From positions 4,850-68,849 of the forward strand of contig JAEYDD010000053.1 of the NCBI GenBank assembly GCA_023404095.1: DNA of 64,000 nt, written 5' to 3'. Within the stretch, counting starts at the first letter, position 1. The number at the start of each line of letters is the position of its first letter. The notes under the pieces are model-generated. The model saw only the letters and a list, made by a program, of their open reading frames with translations, did no database searches and was not told where the DNA came from. Source of the DNA: Pseudomonadota bacterium. Its GTDB lineage: Bacteria > Pseudomonadota > Alphaproteobacteria > Rhizobiales > Rhizobiaceae. A program made the position numbers and the translations under genes. Shown in pieces: positions 30,855-39,818 of this stretch.

Positions 30855-32021
30855 TCAGCGCGCGAGGATATCGCGCATCTCCACCAGGTTGGAGCGAACG
30901 CGCAGGATGTAGAAGCCCATCGTCGCCAGATGCGTCGGCATGATCCACCCATCCTCGCGGCCGTTTGAGATGATGATCGGCTGGATGTTCAGGGCCGAGC
31001 GCAGTTGTTTCAGCGTCTCGTTCCAGATCTGCGTCAGGCCGCGCTGGGCGATGACGCTGTCGAAGTCGGCCCCGGCTGCCGACAGGATGCCGTAGTAGCC
31101 GTAGAGCTGGCCGAAGGCGAACCAGAAACGGTCGTCCGCACGGACGTCGAACCAGCCGCCGTTGTGGAATTCGGAGCGCTCGCGGATGATCGCCGACGTA
31201 TTGCCGATGTCGTTGGCGATGCGGTCGAGAAACTCCACGAGGTTGTCGGACCGCGCATCGAACGTAGAGTTGCAGGCGGTCAGCGAGGCGTTGAACCTCT
31301 GCAGGTCGCGCGCCGCCGCTCGGTAGATGCTGGGGGTCGGCGTCCTCGGGCCGAACGGGCTCAGGCTGAAGTACCAGGTCTCCTCGTCGAACTGGATGTT
31401 GCCGCGTGCAGACTGCAGGTCGTTGTTGACCCCGGAAGTGCCACGCACGCGGCCGAGCGAATCCACCAGTTCCACCGTCGTACGGCGAACCGCCTGGTTG
31501 ACGCCGCGCTGGAACGACGCCTTGTTGTCGAGCCACGGCGTGTCGTCCCAGTCGATGCCGAACAGGCCGAGCTTGTAGAGCACCATCGACGAGATCCAAG
31601 CGTTCTGGTTGACGTTGAAGTCGATCAGGTCGGCGGCGACATCGACGATTGCGGAGCGCTCGCAGGCATTTGCCGGAGCTGCCTGCCCCGCCGTCTGTCC
31701 GGTCGGCGTCGTCGCGCCCGAAGACGGGGCAGCGCTCTTCACCGGCAGGCCGGCGTCGTTTTTGCGCGCGGGGAAATTGTAGGCGTTGACGTAGTCGATG
31801 TTGAAGTTGGTCCAGACCTGCGTCTGCCAGATGAAGTAGCCGTAGAGGGCAACAAGCCCGATCAATACAATGCCGATCGGCCCCTTGATCAGCCAGTTGC
31901 GCTGTCGATACCAGTTCGCCGCCGCGACGAAGGGCCAGACAAGCCATGATATGAAGAGCCCGATGCCCCGTCCGATGGCAGCAAAGACGCGCTGGAAGAA
32001 CGCGACGATCGGGTCAAGCAT
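30855..32021 (-). CDS. DUF2333-like membrane-anchored protein
   Basis: N-terminal TM (IGIVLIGLVALYGYFIW); WLDNKASFQRG, FDARSDNL, ADDRFWFA.GQ, THLATMGFYILR; start overlaps the upstream stop. Confidence 0.75.
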   Translation of the reverse strand: MLDPIVAFFQRVFAAIGRGIGLFISWLVWPFVAAANWYRQRNWLIKGPIGIVLIGLVALYGYFIWQTQVWTNFNIDYVNAYNFPARKNDAGLPVKSAAPSSGATTPTGQTAGQAAPANACERSAIVDVAADLIDFNVNQNAWISSMVLYKLGLFGIDWDDTPWLDNKASFQRGVNQAVRRTTVELVDSLGRVRGTSGVNNDLQSARGNIQFDEETWYFSLSPFGPRTPTPSIYRAAARDLQRFNASLTACNSTFDARSDNLVEFLDRIANDIGNTSAIIRERSEFHNGGWFDVRADDRFWFAFGQLYGYYGILSAAGADFDSVIAQRGLTQIWNETLKQLRSALNIQPIIISNGREDGWIMPTHLATMGFYILRVRSNLVEMRDILAR

Positions 32022-33315
32022 TGGCATTTTCCTCTCGAATTCCGAAGAGCCTCTGCCGGAAGGCGGGCTTGTTCTCAAGATAGGTACGCGTCAGCGTTTC
32101 AACCACGAATTCTCTAAACTTTTCGCTGAGCTTTTCATAGGATTCGTAGAAGCCCTGCTTGTCAAAGACGAAACGGGACACGAAATCGAACGGCGTGATC
32201 TGCGAAATAAGCCGGTTGACCAGCCACTGGTCCGGATGGGCGGGCGCTGCCCGCACCAGCAGGAAGCGCGGCCATGGCGCCACGTCCTTGATGCGGATCT
32301 CGCCGGTGGCGGAAATGATGCGGATTGCTTCCTGCAGGAAGGGATAGATGCCGTCTTCAGCGATCAGCGTCGCGTTGCGGTGCATCCAGGTCTGGATCCA
32401 GATCCGGTCCGCTTTGGCAAGATCAGCGCGCGGATCCGCCTTGTTGACCAGGTTCAGGATCGCCATGTCCGCACGGTGCTGCAAGAGCCCGGAAGCCTCC
32501 ACCCAGGACGCCCGCGGCAGCTCCAGCCGCTTCGTCGAGGCCAGAAATTCGAAGATGCGCGGATAGTCGTCGAGCGCGATGTAGCTGACCTGCCAGGGGC
32601 GCGAACGCCGAAAGCCGGGCACGGACGGATCGCAGATCACCGTCGTCTGCCGGCCGTCGAGAAATACGTAGACCCCGCCGAAATGATTGGCCCAGAAGGC
32701 CTCGTGGCGGAACACGAGCTGGTCGGGCACGAGCGCGTTCTGGCGGATGTCTCCGGTCTGTTTGGACAGTTCCACCATCCGGTTCAGCATCGCGTCGTCC
32801 GCCCAGGCGTTCGGCACCGTCTTCAACCGGTCGACCAGTGTGCGAAGTTCCGCCGCCTTGCCAAGCACGTCCTCCGCCGACAGAACCCGGAAGCGCACCT
32901 CGTTGATCGAAAGCAGGTCGTCGATGTCATTGATGACGGAGACGCTGTCCTCGATCTCGCCGTAGAGCGCGTCGCGGATCGTCACCGCATTGATCGCACG
33001 CGCATTTGCGTTGAAGAATTCATGCATCAGGGCGGCGGTATTGGAGAAACTCGTGTGCACCACCGGCAGGTCGACCTGGTCCGGCGTCAGGATGATGAAG
33101 CGGCGGTTCACCCGGTTTGGATCGAGATAGTCCCGGTCGCCGAGCTCATCTGCGATCTCGGGCGAAAACCCGGTCATGTCGATGCCGAAGCGCGCAAGGT
33201 TCGTCCGCGGCAGCCCGAAGGCTTCCAGCGCCTTGTTGTAGCGCTCGACCAGATGCGGTTCGGATACGTCGAGCAGCCGCCCGTAGATCAGCTCAGCTTC
33301 GAGGAGGTGTTTCAT
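32014..33315 (-). CDS. Conserved hypothetical protein (DUF6638-like)
   Basis: 433-aa ORF; LVERYNKAL..IDMTGFSPEIA..YLDPNRVNRRFIILTPDQ, FWANHFGGVYVF; family name from memory. Confidence 0.75.
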   Translation of the reverse strand: MKHLLEAELIYGRLLDVSEPHLVERYNKALEAFGLPRTNLARFGIDMTGFSPEIADELGDRDYLDPNRVNRRFIILTPDQVDLPVVHTSFSNTAALMHEFFNANARAINAVTIRDALYGEIEDSVSVINDIDDLLSINEVRFRVLSAEDVLGKAAELRTLVDRLKTVPNAWADDAMLNRMVELSKQTGDIRQNALVPDQLVFRHEAFWANHFGGVYVFLDGRQTTVICDPSVPGFRRSRPWQVSYIALDDYPRIFEFLASTKRLELPRASWVEASGLLQHRADMAILNLVNKADPRADLAKADRIWIQTWMHRNATLIAEDGIYPFLQEAIRIISATGEIRIKDVAPWPRFLLVRAAPAHPDQWLVNRLISQITPFDFVSRFVFDKQGFYESYEKLSEKFREFVVETLTRTYLENKPAFRQRLFGIREENANA

Positions 33316-33329
33316 ATTAGCGGCTTTTC

Positions 33330-33755
33330 TCAGGCGGCAGTGCCGTTTTCAGTCTCTTCGCCCCAGGCCACGAGATCGTCGAGATCGACCTTCAACGCCC
33401 GCGCGATCTTCTTCAGCACCGAGATGCTGCCTTCCTTCTTTTGGGACTCGATTTCCGACAGGTAGGCGGCGCTGATGCCAGCCGAGGCGGCGAGATCCTT
33501 GGCCGAAAGTCCGCGGAAGTCCCGCCAAACCCGCACCGGGCTCTCGCCGTCGATCATCCGGTTGACGAATTCGGCGGGGATGAACTCTTCCTGGCCACGC
33601 GCGAGACGCTCCTCGAAGGCTTTGATGGCGAGACCGTCCTCGAGATCCTCGAGTCGCTCCGCAAGCTTCAGCAGCGTCTCGTAGTCCTTGAGGCTGATGA
33701 CCACCATGTCCTCGCCATTGGGCGTCTTGAACGATGTCATGCCGTTCATGTTCAA
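33330..33755 (-). CDS. XRE-family HTH antitoxin with Phd-like N-terminus
   Basis: GEDMVVISLKDYETL; VRVWRDFRGLSAKDLAASAGISAAYLSEIES; ATGA overlap with the toxin gene. Confidence 0.85.
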   Translation of the reverse strand: MNMNGMTSFKTPNGEDMVVISLKDYETLLKLAERLEDLEDGLAIKAFEERLARGQEEFIPAEFVNRMIDGESPVRVWRDFRGLSAKDLAASAGISAAYLSEIESQKKEGSISVLKKIARALKVDLDDLVAWGEETENGTAA

Positions 33756-34012
33756 ATCCCTTCGTAAGCTTCGCCGCGCGCTGCGACCCTGACGACGTCG
33801 ATGATCATGCCATCCTCCCGGAAGATCACACGCCAGTCGCCGACGCGCAGCCGGTAGTAATTCAATCCCTGCAACTTCTTCACGTTGTTTGCCTGCGACG
33901 CCGGGTCAACAGCGTACTGTTCGATCTTTAGCCGTATGCGGCGGGCATCGGCTCCGGGAATCCGCGCCAGTTTCCGTAAGGCCTGCCGGCTGTAGACGAT
34001 CTGCTTCATCAT
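33752..34012 (-). CDS. RelE/ParE family toxin
   Basis: IVYSRQALRKL..NVKKLQG..YRLRVGDWRVIF..RGEAY. Confidence 0.9.
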   Translation of the reverse strand: MMKQIVYSRQALRKLARIPGADARRIRLKIEQYAVDPASQANNVKKLQGLNYYRLRVGDWRVIFREDGMIIDVVRVAARGEAYEGI

Positions 34013-34076
34013 AAGCCGAGCCCGCGCACTCGGCAATTGAATTCGCCCTCAGCGAATATTCCACAAAGGGTCGCGC

Positions 34077-35987
34077 CTACCACCTCCCCTCCGCCTTCAT
34101 CGCCTCGATCTCCGCGACCGCCCGCTCCCGCAGCCGTTCCTTTCGGATGATGTCGGTCACCGCGGCGTCGTCGGACTTGTCGGCGTAGCGGAATTCGCTG
34201 TCGGCGTAGCGATTGATCTCCTGCAGCACCATCTCCATCGTGATCGGCCCGCGCAGGTCTTCGATCATGCTCTTCTTCTCGTCGTAGGACTTGTGCATGA
34301 AGGCGTCGGGGGTGGCGAACCAGTCGTCGGGCAGATCGACGTCCATCGCCCGCATCTTGATCGCGTCGGTGACGTTCTTGATTGCCCGTCCCGTGAAGCG
34401 CGGCTCGGCCTCCTTGATCATGTGCAGGTAGGCGCCGACGTCGGCGAGCGTCGCCATCTTGCCGTGCGCCTTCTGGTATCGTTCCCACACTTTGAGAAGT
34501 CCGTCTTCCTGCGGCAGCGCGTGCTGCCCGTAGGAAGTCGAGACCGCCGTCTTGATCTCCTGTCCGGCCAGAAGCGCATGCTCGCCGAGCGGGATCGAAT
34601 GGTTCTTGCCGACGAGCAGCGCGAAGATGTCGACATAATCGGCGCGCGACTGCGGCCCGTCGACCAGCCAGCGGGCGCCCGCGCGCTGACGCAGCGCGTC
34701 GTCGACGTTTTCGGGATAGTTGGAGAACATGCCGAAGGTGCAGTTGCCGCGCACCACCGTCGAGGCGCCGGCAAAGCTCTCCATCAAGACGGCCGTCACC
34801 TCGTGCTGGCCGGCCGACGCCCGGTCGTCGGAGCGCTTGGCGGCCACCTGGTCGACATCGTCGATCGTGCCGAAGCCGATTGCGCGCGGGTTGACGACGT
34901 TGTTGACGAAGTCCTTGCAGTTCTGGCCTGACTTGCCCTGATAGGAAGAGATCTGGTCGACGCCGAAGTTCTCGTAGTGGAACGGATAGCCGGCCACCCG
35001 GCAATACTCGTCGAGCAACCCCGCCAGCATCTGGATCAGCATGGTCTTGCCGGTGCCCGGCATGCCGTCGCCGATGAAGGTAAAGAGAAAGCCGCCGAGC
35101 TCGACGAACGGGTTCATCTGCCGCTCGAAGTCATAGGCCATCAGCATCTTGGCAAGCCGCAGCGCCTGGTACTTGGCGATGTGGTTGCCAACGATGTCGG
35201 TCGGCTTCTTGAACGTCATCGAAAGCGGCTTGCGCTTCTGCCCCGGCGCGACGTCGAAGCCGTTGAGAGTGAAATCGTCCTGCTCGATGCGGATATGCGC
35301 GCTCTCGAAGCTCGAAAGCCCCGAAAAGCGCGCCTTGCGGCCGATCAGTCCCTCCAGCGCCACGCGGGCGAAGGCGCGCGCGCGCGCAACCAGCGTCGTG
35401 TCGTCGGCCGCTCCCGCAATCGCCCGGTCAAGGCCGGCGACGAGGCTCTTGGCGGCATCCTGGGCGGTGTCGAACAGGTAGTCCGGCTCGTCGGTGTCCT
35501 CCGCCGGCTCGCCCTCGCCGGACAGCATGGCGCCGAGATAGGCAGCAAGGGTGAAGGCGCAGACATAGGCAGACGCCGACAGCAGCGCCTTGAAGCGTTC
35601 CGCCTCTTCCCCGGAAAGCGGCGCGGTGGCATTGCGCGCCTGCAACTGCTCCAGTTCCGTCTGCCGGGCGAAGACGTCGGCGACGGCCAGCGCGATCTCG
35701 ATGCCACGGCGGGCACGATAGAGCAACTGGTGCTGCGCCGGCGACAAAAGCGGGTCGCCCGGCCGCACCGCGGCGATCGTCTTTGCAAGCTCGACCTCGC
35801 GCGAGCGCCGCATGCCGCCGGTCGAGACGGTCGAAACGAAGCGCCGCCCGGTGCCTGCGATCGGCGCGCCCGCGGGGCCTCCATCGCTCTCCAGGATGGC
35901 GAGCCGCGTCACCATGCTCTGCGCCACCGCGCGGTGTTTGGCGATATCGCTTTCCGAAATCATCGTCAGTCCGGCGTTCAAGCTCAT
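34077..35987 (-). CDS. AAA+ ATPase, single classic-clade domain with long helical N-terminus
   Basis: Walker A GMPGTGKT, pore loop ISSYQGKS, Walker B GTIDDVD, SRH FSNYPENVDDALRQR. Confidence 0.9.
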   Translation of the reverse strand: MSLNAGLTMISESDIAKHRAVAQSMVTRLAILESDGGPAGAPIAGTGRRFVSTVSTGGMRRSREVELAKTIAAVRPGDPLLSPAQHQLLYRARRGIEIALAVADVFARQTELEQLQARNATAPLSGEEAERFKALLSASAYVCAFTLAAYLGAMLSGEGEPAEDTDEPDYLFDTAQDAAKSLVAGLDRAIAGAADDTTLVARARAFARVALEGLIGRKARFSGLSSFESAHIRIEQDDFTLNGFDVAPGQKRKPLSMTFKKPTDIVGNHIAKYQALRLAKMLMAYDFERQMNPFVELGGFLFTFIGDGMPGTGKTMLIQMLAGLLDEYCRVAGYPFHYENFGVDQISSYQGKSGQNCKDFVNNVVNPRAIGFGTIDDVDQVAAKRSDDRASAGQHEVTAVLMESFAGASTVVRGNCTFGMFSNYPENVDDALRQRAGARWLVDGPQSRADYVDIFALLVGKNHSIPLGEHALLAGQEIKTAVSTSYGQHALPQEDGLLKVWERYQKAHGKMATLADVGAYLHMIKEAEPRFTGRAIKNVTDAIKMRAMDVDLPDDWFATPDAFMHKSYDEKKSMIEDLRGPITMEMVLQEINRYADSEFRYADKSDDAAVTDIIRKERLRERAVAEIEAMKAEGRW

Positions 35988-35991
35988 CGCG

Positions 35992-37140
35992 TCATACCCC
36001 GCTGACCACCTGGTTTCCGGAAATCACGTGCACCTTGTATTCGCCGAAGATCGCTTCCGCCTCGCCGGCGGCATAGAGCGCCTGATAGGCATCGTGCGGC
36101 ACCAGTGCATGCTTCTCGAAGCCGCTGACGCCCATCCGCGCCGCCTCGAGATTGTTGGTATCGATGTAGAACTCCTCCTGCGCCGGCGTCGAGCTCCAGA
36201 AGCCCTTGCTTGCCGGGCGCTCCGCCTGCGAGAACACTTCCTGCACCGTCCAGGTCAGAAGCCAGGCGTTCTCCACCTTGCGCACCTTCGACAGGATGTC
36301 GCGGACCTTCTGATTGTTCTCGGTGATGTCTGCGGAATAGAACGGGCCGAGCACGATGCGGCGCAGCTGCTTGGGATGCAGCATCGCGAAGTCGCGGTCG
36401 AGATTGGTCGCGATCGTTACCGGCGACAGTGAATAGGCACTGTTCTTCAGCGCGAAATCGTCGAAGCGGCTGGCAAGCTCCGGATTGAGCAGCCCCCCCA
36501 CCGGAAGGTCGATCTGAACGTCGGGGTTGAGCTTGCCGTCCTTGGTCACCAGCAGTTCGACGATCTTCTCCGAACTATCCTCGATCGTCGCCATGTAGAC
36601 CATCGGCAGCGTGCTGGCGCCGTCGAAGGCGCCCCAGCTGACGACATAATAGGGCCGCATCGTCTTCGGATTGACGGCGACGCGGATCGTCTCCGGCAGC
36701 ACGAAGGGCGAGAACACCTCCCCCTTGCCAATCTGCTGCAGATACATCCGCTCGGCCATGCGCGCCTGCAGCTCGGTCGGAAAAGCCTTGTTGCGCAGGA
36801 TGAAGTCGGCCATCTCGCCACGCAGCTGATCGGCGCCCGGGATCTCCGAAAGCCGCTTTTCCGCGCCCTTGCGATCGTTTTCGAGTTCGAGGACGTTCTG
36901 GTAGACCGGGAAGCCGCTCTCGGCGCGCGAGATGCGGAACTGGTCGACGAACCCGATCCGGTTCTCCCAGCAGGAAAACGACGCCTTCAACCGCCCAAGA
37001 TAGGGAACAATCGCCTCGCCGATCACGCCGTGCTGGTAGAGCGGCGAGTTGCGGTCGCCGAGAAAAACCTCCAGCCCGCCGAGTGCTGCCCGGATCGAGT
37101 TGAAGTACTGCGCGACCGCGCTGTCGGCTGGGGGTTTCAT
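35992..37140 (-). CDS. Conserved hypothetical protein, 382 aa
   Basis: Long ORF ending 4 nt before the AAA start; protein-like composition; no recognised motif. Confidence 0.8.
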   Translation of the reverse strand: MKPPADSAVAQYFNSIRAALGGLEVFLGDRNSPLYQHGVIGEAIVPYLGRLKASFSCWENRIGFVDQFRISRAESGFPVYQNVLELENDRKGAEKRLSEIPGADQLRGEMADFILRNKAFPTELQARMAERMYLQQIGKGEVFSPFVLPETIRVAVNPKTMRPYYVVSWGAFDGASTLPMVYMATIEDSSEKIVELLVTKDGKLNPDVQIDLPVGGLLNPELASRFDDFALKNSAYSLSPVTIATNLDRDFAMLHPKQLRRIVLGPFYSADITENNQKVRDILSKVRKVENAWLLTWTVQEVFSQAERPASKGFWSSTPAQEEFYIDTNNLEAARMGVSGFEKHALVPHDAYQALYAAGEAEAIFGEYKVHVISGNQVVSGV

Positions 37141-37144
37141 GCTT

Positions 37145-37254
37145 GCCCCTCATCCGCACGCCGGCACCTTCTCCCGGCAAGCGGTGAGAAGACCCAAGCC
37201 GCATCGCGTCCGTCCCCTCTCCCCGTATGCGGGGAGAGGGCCAGCGGGAGGGGC
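37145..37254. repeat. Rhizobial RIME/REP-like palindromic element, copy 2 (inverted relative to copy 1)
   Basis: GCCCCTCATCCG..CCGGCACCTTCTCCC..GAGAAG ... CCCTCTCCCCGTATGCGGGGAGAGGG..GAGGGGC. Confidence 0.8.
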
Positions 37255-37291
37255 ACCTTGCCGAAGCGAAAACCCACCCGGCCCATCGCCG

Positions 37292-38380
37292 TCACGCCTT
37301 CACGTAGTTGGCGGCGTTGTGCTTGTCCATCACCTCCTGGAAGCGCCGGGCAAACGCATCGTCGGCGAGCTTCTTGCGACGCTGGATGTCCTGGGTGGCG
37401 AGCATGTTCTTCTCGTGCATTTCCAGAAGGTCGCCGATGTGCTTCTGTGCCGCGGCGCCGATGCCGGCCATCGTTTCCTCGGCCGCGGTATCGACCTGGC
37501 TGCCGAGCGTGTTGATCCGGTGGGCGACGTCCTGCTGCGCGGCCGTCTTCAGCGAATCCTCCAGCGCCTTGTAGAGCACGATGCGCTGCTCGGTATCGAT
37601 CGTCAGCTTGTTGATCAGCGTGTTCTGCGCGGCGATCTGGTTGTTGAGCGAGTCGACAAAGGTCTGGAACATCGAGGTGTAGCGTTCCAGCGTCTGGCTT
37701 TCGGCGAGCAGTTCCTGCTCCTTGGCCTGCTGCTCGTTGTACTCGGTGGCAAGCGTCGAGCGCTCGCCCTCCAGCTGCGTGCGCGTCTTCTGGTCGGCGG
37801 AGGCGGCGATCCGGTTTTCGATGTCCAGAAGCTGCGGGTTCAACTGCTCGATCCGCTTCTGCGTGGTCTCCAGGTTCGCCATCGTCTGCTTGCGCCGCTC
37901 GATCACCTGGATCAGGCTTGCCTCGGAGGTCTTGTAGCGGCTGTCGAGCACTGCCTTCTGGTCTTTCAGGATGCCGACGATCGTGTCGGACTTCGCCAAA
38001 AGCTCCTGGAGATTGCCCGAGAGCGACATGTTGCGCACGCGATCGGTGCGCATGCGCTGCATCTTCTGCTTGGAGAAGATGCCGATGAATTTTTCGTAGC
38101 CGGTATAGCTCTTCATGCTCTCGAACTCGACGCCGAAGACATTGGTGGCGTCTTCGAGCCCGATGATCAGGTCGGCGATGTTCGCTTCCATCACCTTCTG
38201 CTGGGTCAGCACGTCCTGCAGACGGGCGTTCTCGATGTCGAAATTGGCGTCTCCGAGCTTGGTGTCCGCCTTGGCAAACTGCTCCAGTACGATCCCGGTC
38301 TGCTCCAGCTTGCCGCGCATCTGCTCGACGGTCTCGCGCGTCCGCGCGATCTCGGTATCGAAATTCTGAAGTGTCGCCAT
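37292..38380 (-). CDS. Coiled-coil protein, 362 aa (TelA/PspA-like architecture, inferred)
   Basis: Q/E/K/L-rich heptads throughout, only one Pro; GAGGG RBS; first gene of the operon. Confidence 0.8.
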   Translation of the reverse strand: MATLQNFDTEIARTRETVEQMRGKLEQTGIVLEQFAKADTKLGDANFDIENARLQDVLTQQKVMEANIADLIIGLEDATNVFGVEFESMKSYTGYEKFIGIFSKQKMQRMRTDRVRNMSLSGNLQELLAKSDTIVGILKDQKAVLDSRYKTSEASLIQVIERRKQTMANLETTQKRIEQLNPQLLDIENRIAASADQKTRTQLEGERSTLATEYNEQQAKEQELLAESQTLERYTSMFQTFVDSLNNQIAAQNTLINKLTIDTEQRIVLYKALEDSLKTAAQQDVAHRINTLGSQVDTAAEETMAGIGAAAQKHIGDLLEMHEKNMLATQDIQRRKKLADDAFARRFQEVMDKHNAANYVKA

Positions 38381-38590
38381 CCCTCATCCCTCTCTCAACG
38401 ACCGGCGCCATGCACCGGCCGGACAATGTGAAGACACCGCCGCGCGGCATCGCAGATGCAGAATTCCCGCCGCCTGCCTGCAGCACATGATGTGGGAAGC
38501 AGCGTCGCGGCTGCAACCCTTAAAGGCATGTATTTTTTGTATGAAACCTGAAAATGTCGACAGCCGCGCTGGCCGGCGCGGCCGCAGTTC

Positions 38591-38965
38591 TCATTGTGCG
38601 GCAGAAGCGCCCTTCAGGAAAGCGATGATATCGGCGATGTCCTGCGGCCTCTTCAGCCCGGCAAAGGCCATCGCCGTTCCCGGCACCATGGCCCTGGGCG
38701 CGGCGAGATAGTCCGCAAGCAACGCCTCGTCCCACACCCTGTCATTGCCAAATGCAAACATGGCGGACGAGTAGCTGTAATCGGGAAACGACGCGACCGG
38801 GCGACCGACGATGCCCGCCAGCGACGGCCCGACCCGGTTCACCGGATCCGTGGTGTGACATGCCGCGCACTTCCGGAAAACGGCTCTTCCGGCCTCGGCG
38901 TCACCGGCAACGCCGGACGAGGCGGCGGCAAGCACGAGAAAGGTCGTCAGGACGATCGATTTCAT
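38591..38965 (-). CDS. Class I cytochrome c (c2-like)
   Basis: Signal peptide, CAACH, VGPSLAGIVGR, PGTAMAFAGLK. Confidence 0.93.
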   Translation of the reverse strand: MKSIVLTTFLVLAAASSGVAGDAEAGRAVFRKCAACHTTDPVNRVGPSLAGIVGRPVASFPDYSYSSAMFAFGNDRVWDEALLADYLAAPRAMVPGTAMAFAGLKRPQDIADIIAFLKGASAAQ

Positions 38966-38999
38966 GCGTGCGGCCCTCCAGCCTCTCGTTCGCCCTGCA

Positions 39000-39590
39000 T
39001 CAGGAGTCGGCCTGCATCAGGTCTTCCCAGTGGCGGCGGCAGTAGGACACGTATTTCTCGTTGCCGCCGACTTCGACCTGCGCCCCCTCCCTGACGAGGA
39101 TCCCGTTCGCGTCAAGCCGCACCACCATGGTCGCCTTGCGCCCGCAATGACAGATGGTGCGCACCTCGCGCAATTCGTCCGCTATTGCAAGCAGCGCGTT
39201 CGAGCCGGGGAACAGCTTGCCCTGGAAATCCGTCCTCAGGCCGTAGGTCATCACCGGGATGCCCATGCGGTCAGCGATGCGCGCCAGTTGCCACACCTGC
39301 CGCTCACTCAGAAACTGCGCCTCGTCCACGAAGACGCAGGCGATCGGGCCGTCCCCGTCCGCACCCATCCCCTCCACCATCGCCTGCAGGTCGTCGTTCG
39401 CATCGAAGGCGATGGCATCCGAGTGCAGGCCGATCCGCGAGGAGATCCGTCCCCGTCCCGCGCGGTCGTCGAAGGCGGCGATGAAGATCGCCGTGCGCAT
39501 GCCGCGCTCACGGTAGTTGTAGGACGCCTGCAGCAGCATCGTCGACTTGCCGGCGTTCATCGTCGCATAGTGGAAATAGAGTTTGGCCAT
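39000..39590 (-). CDS. tdk: Thymidine kinase
   Basis: MNAGKST, FVDEAQFL, YGLRTDF, ICHCG..YVSYCRRH. Confidence 0.96.
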   Translation of the reverse strand: MAKLYFHYATMNAGKSTMLLQASYNYRERGMRTAIFIAAFDDRAGRGRISSRIGLHSDAIAFDANDDLQAMVEGMGADGDGPIACVFVDEAQFLSERQVWQLARIADRMGIPVMTYGLRTDFQGKLFPGSNALLAIADELREVRTICHCGRKATMVVRLDANGILVREGAQVEVGGNEKYVSYCRRHWEDLMQADS

Positions 39591-39818
39591 GATTTTTCCT
39601 CGTGGCCCGTTCTGGCGCGGAAGCACCCGGATTTCCAGCCATGGCGAGGCGAAGACCACAGATTTTCCAACGCTCCGTTCACAACGACATTCTTGCGCTC
39701 GATTGCGAAGCGCCGCGAAATAAACTAGTCCGGCGAAGGCTGTGTCAGGCACGTAAAGTGCTTGAATGATGACGTTTTTGATGCTTGGCTTGCGGCATCA
39801 GAACAAAAACGGGGAGCA

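Noticed and set aside
39600..39818. BetI operator upstream of choX
   Set aside because: No convincing palindrome could be identified by eye.
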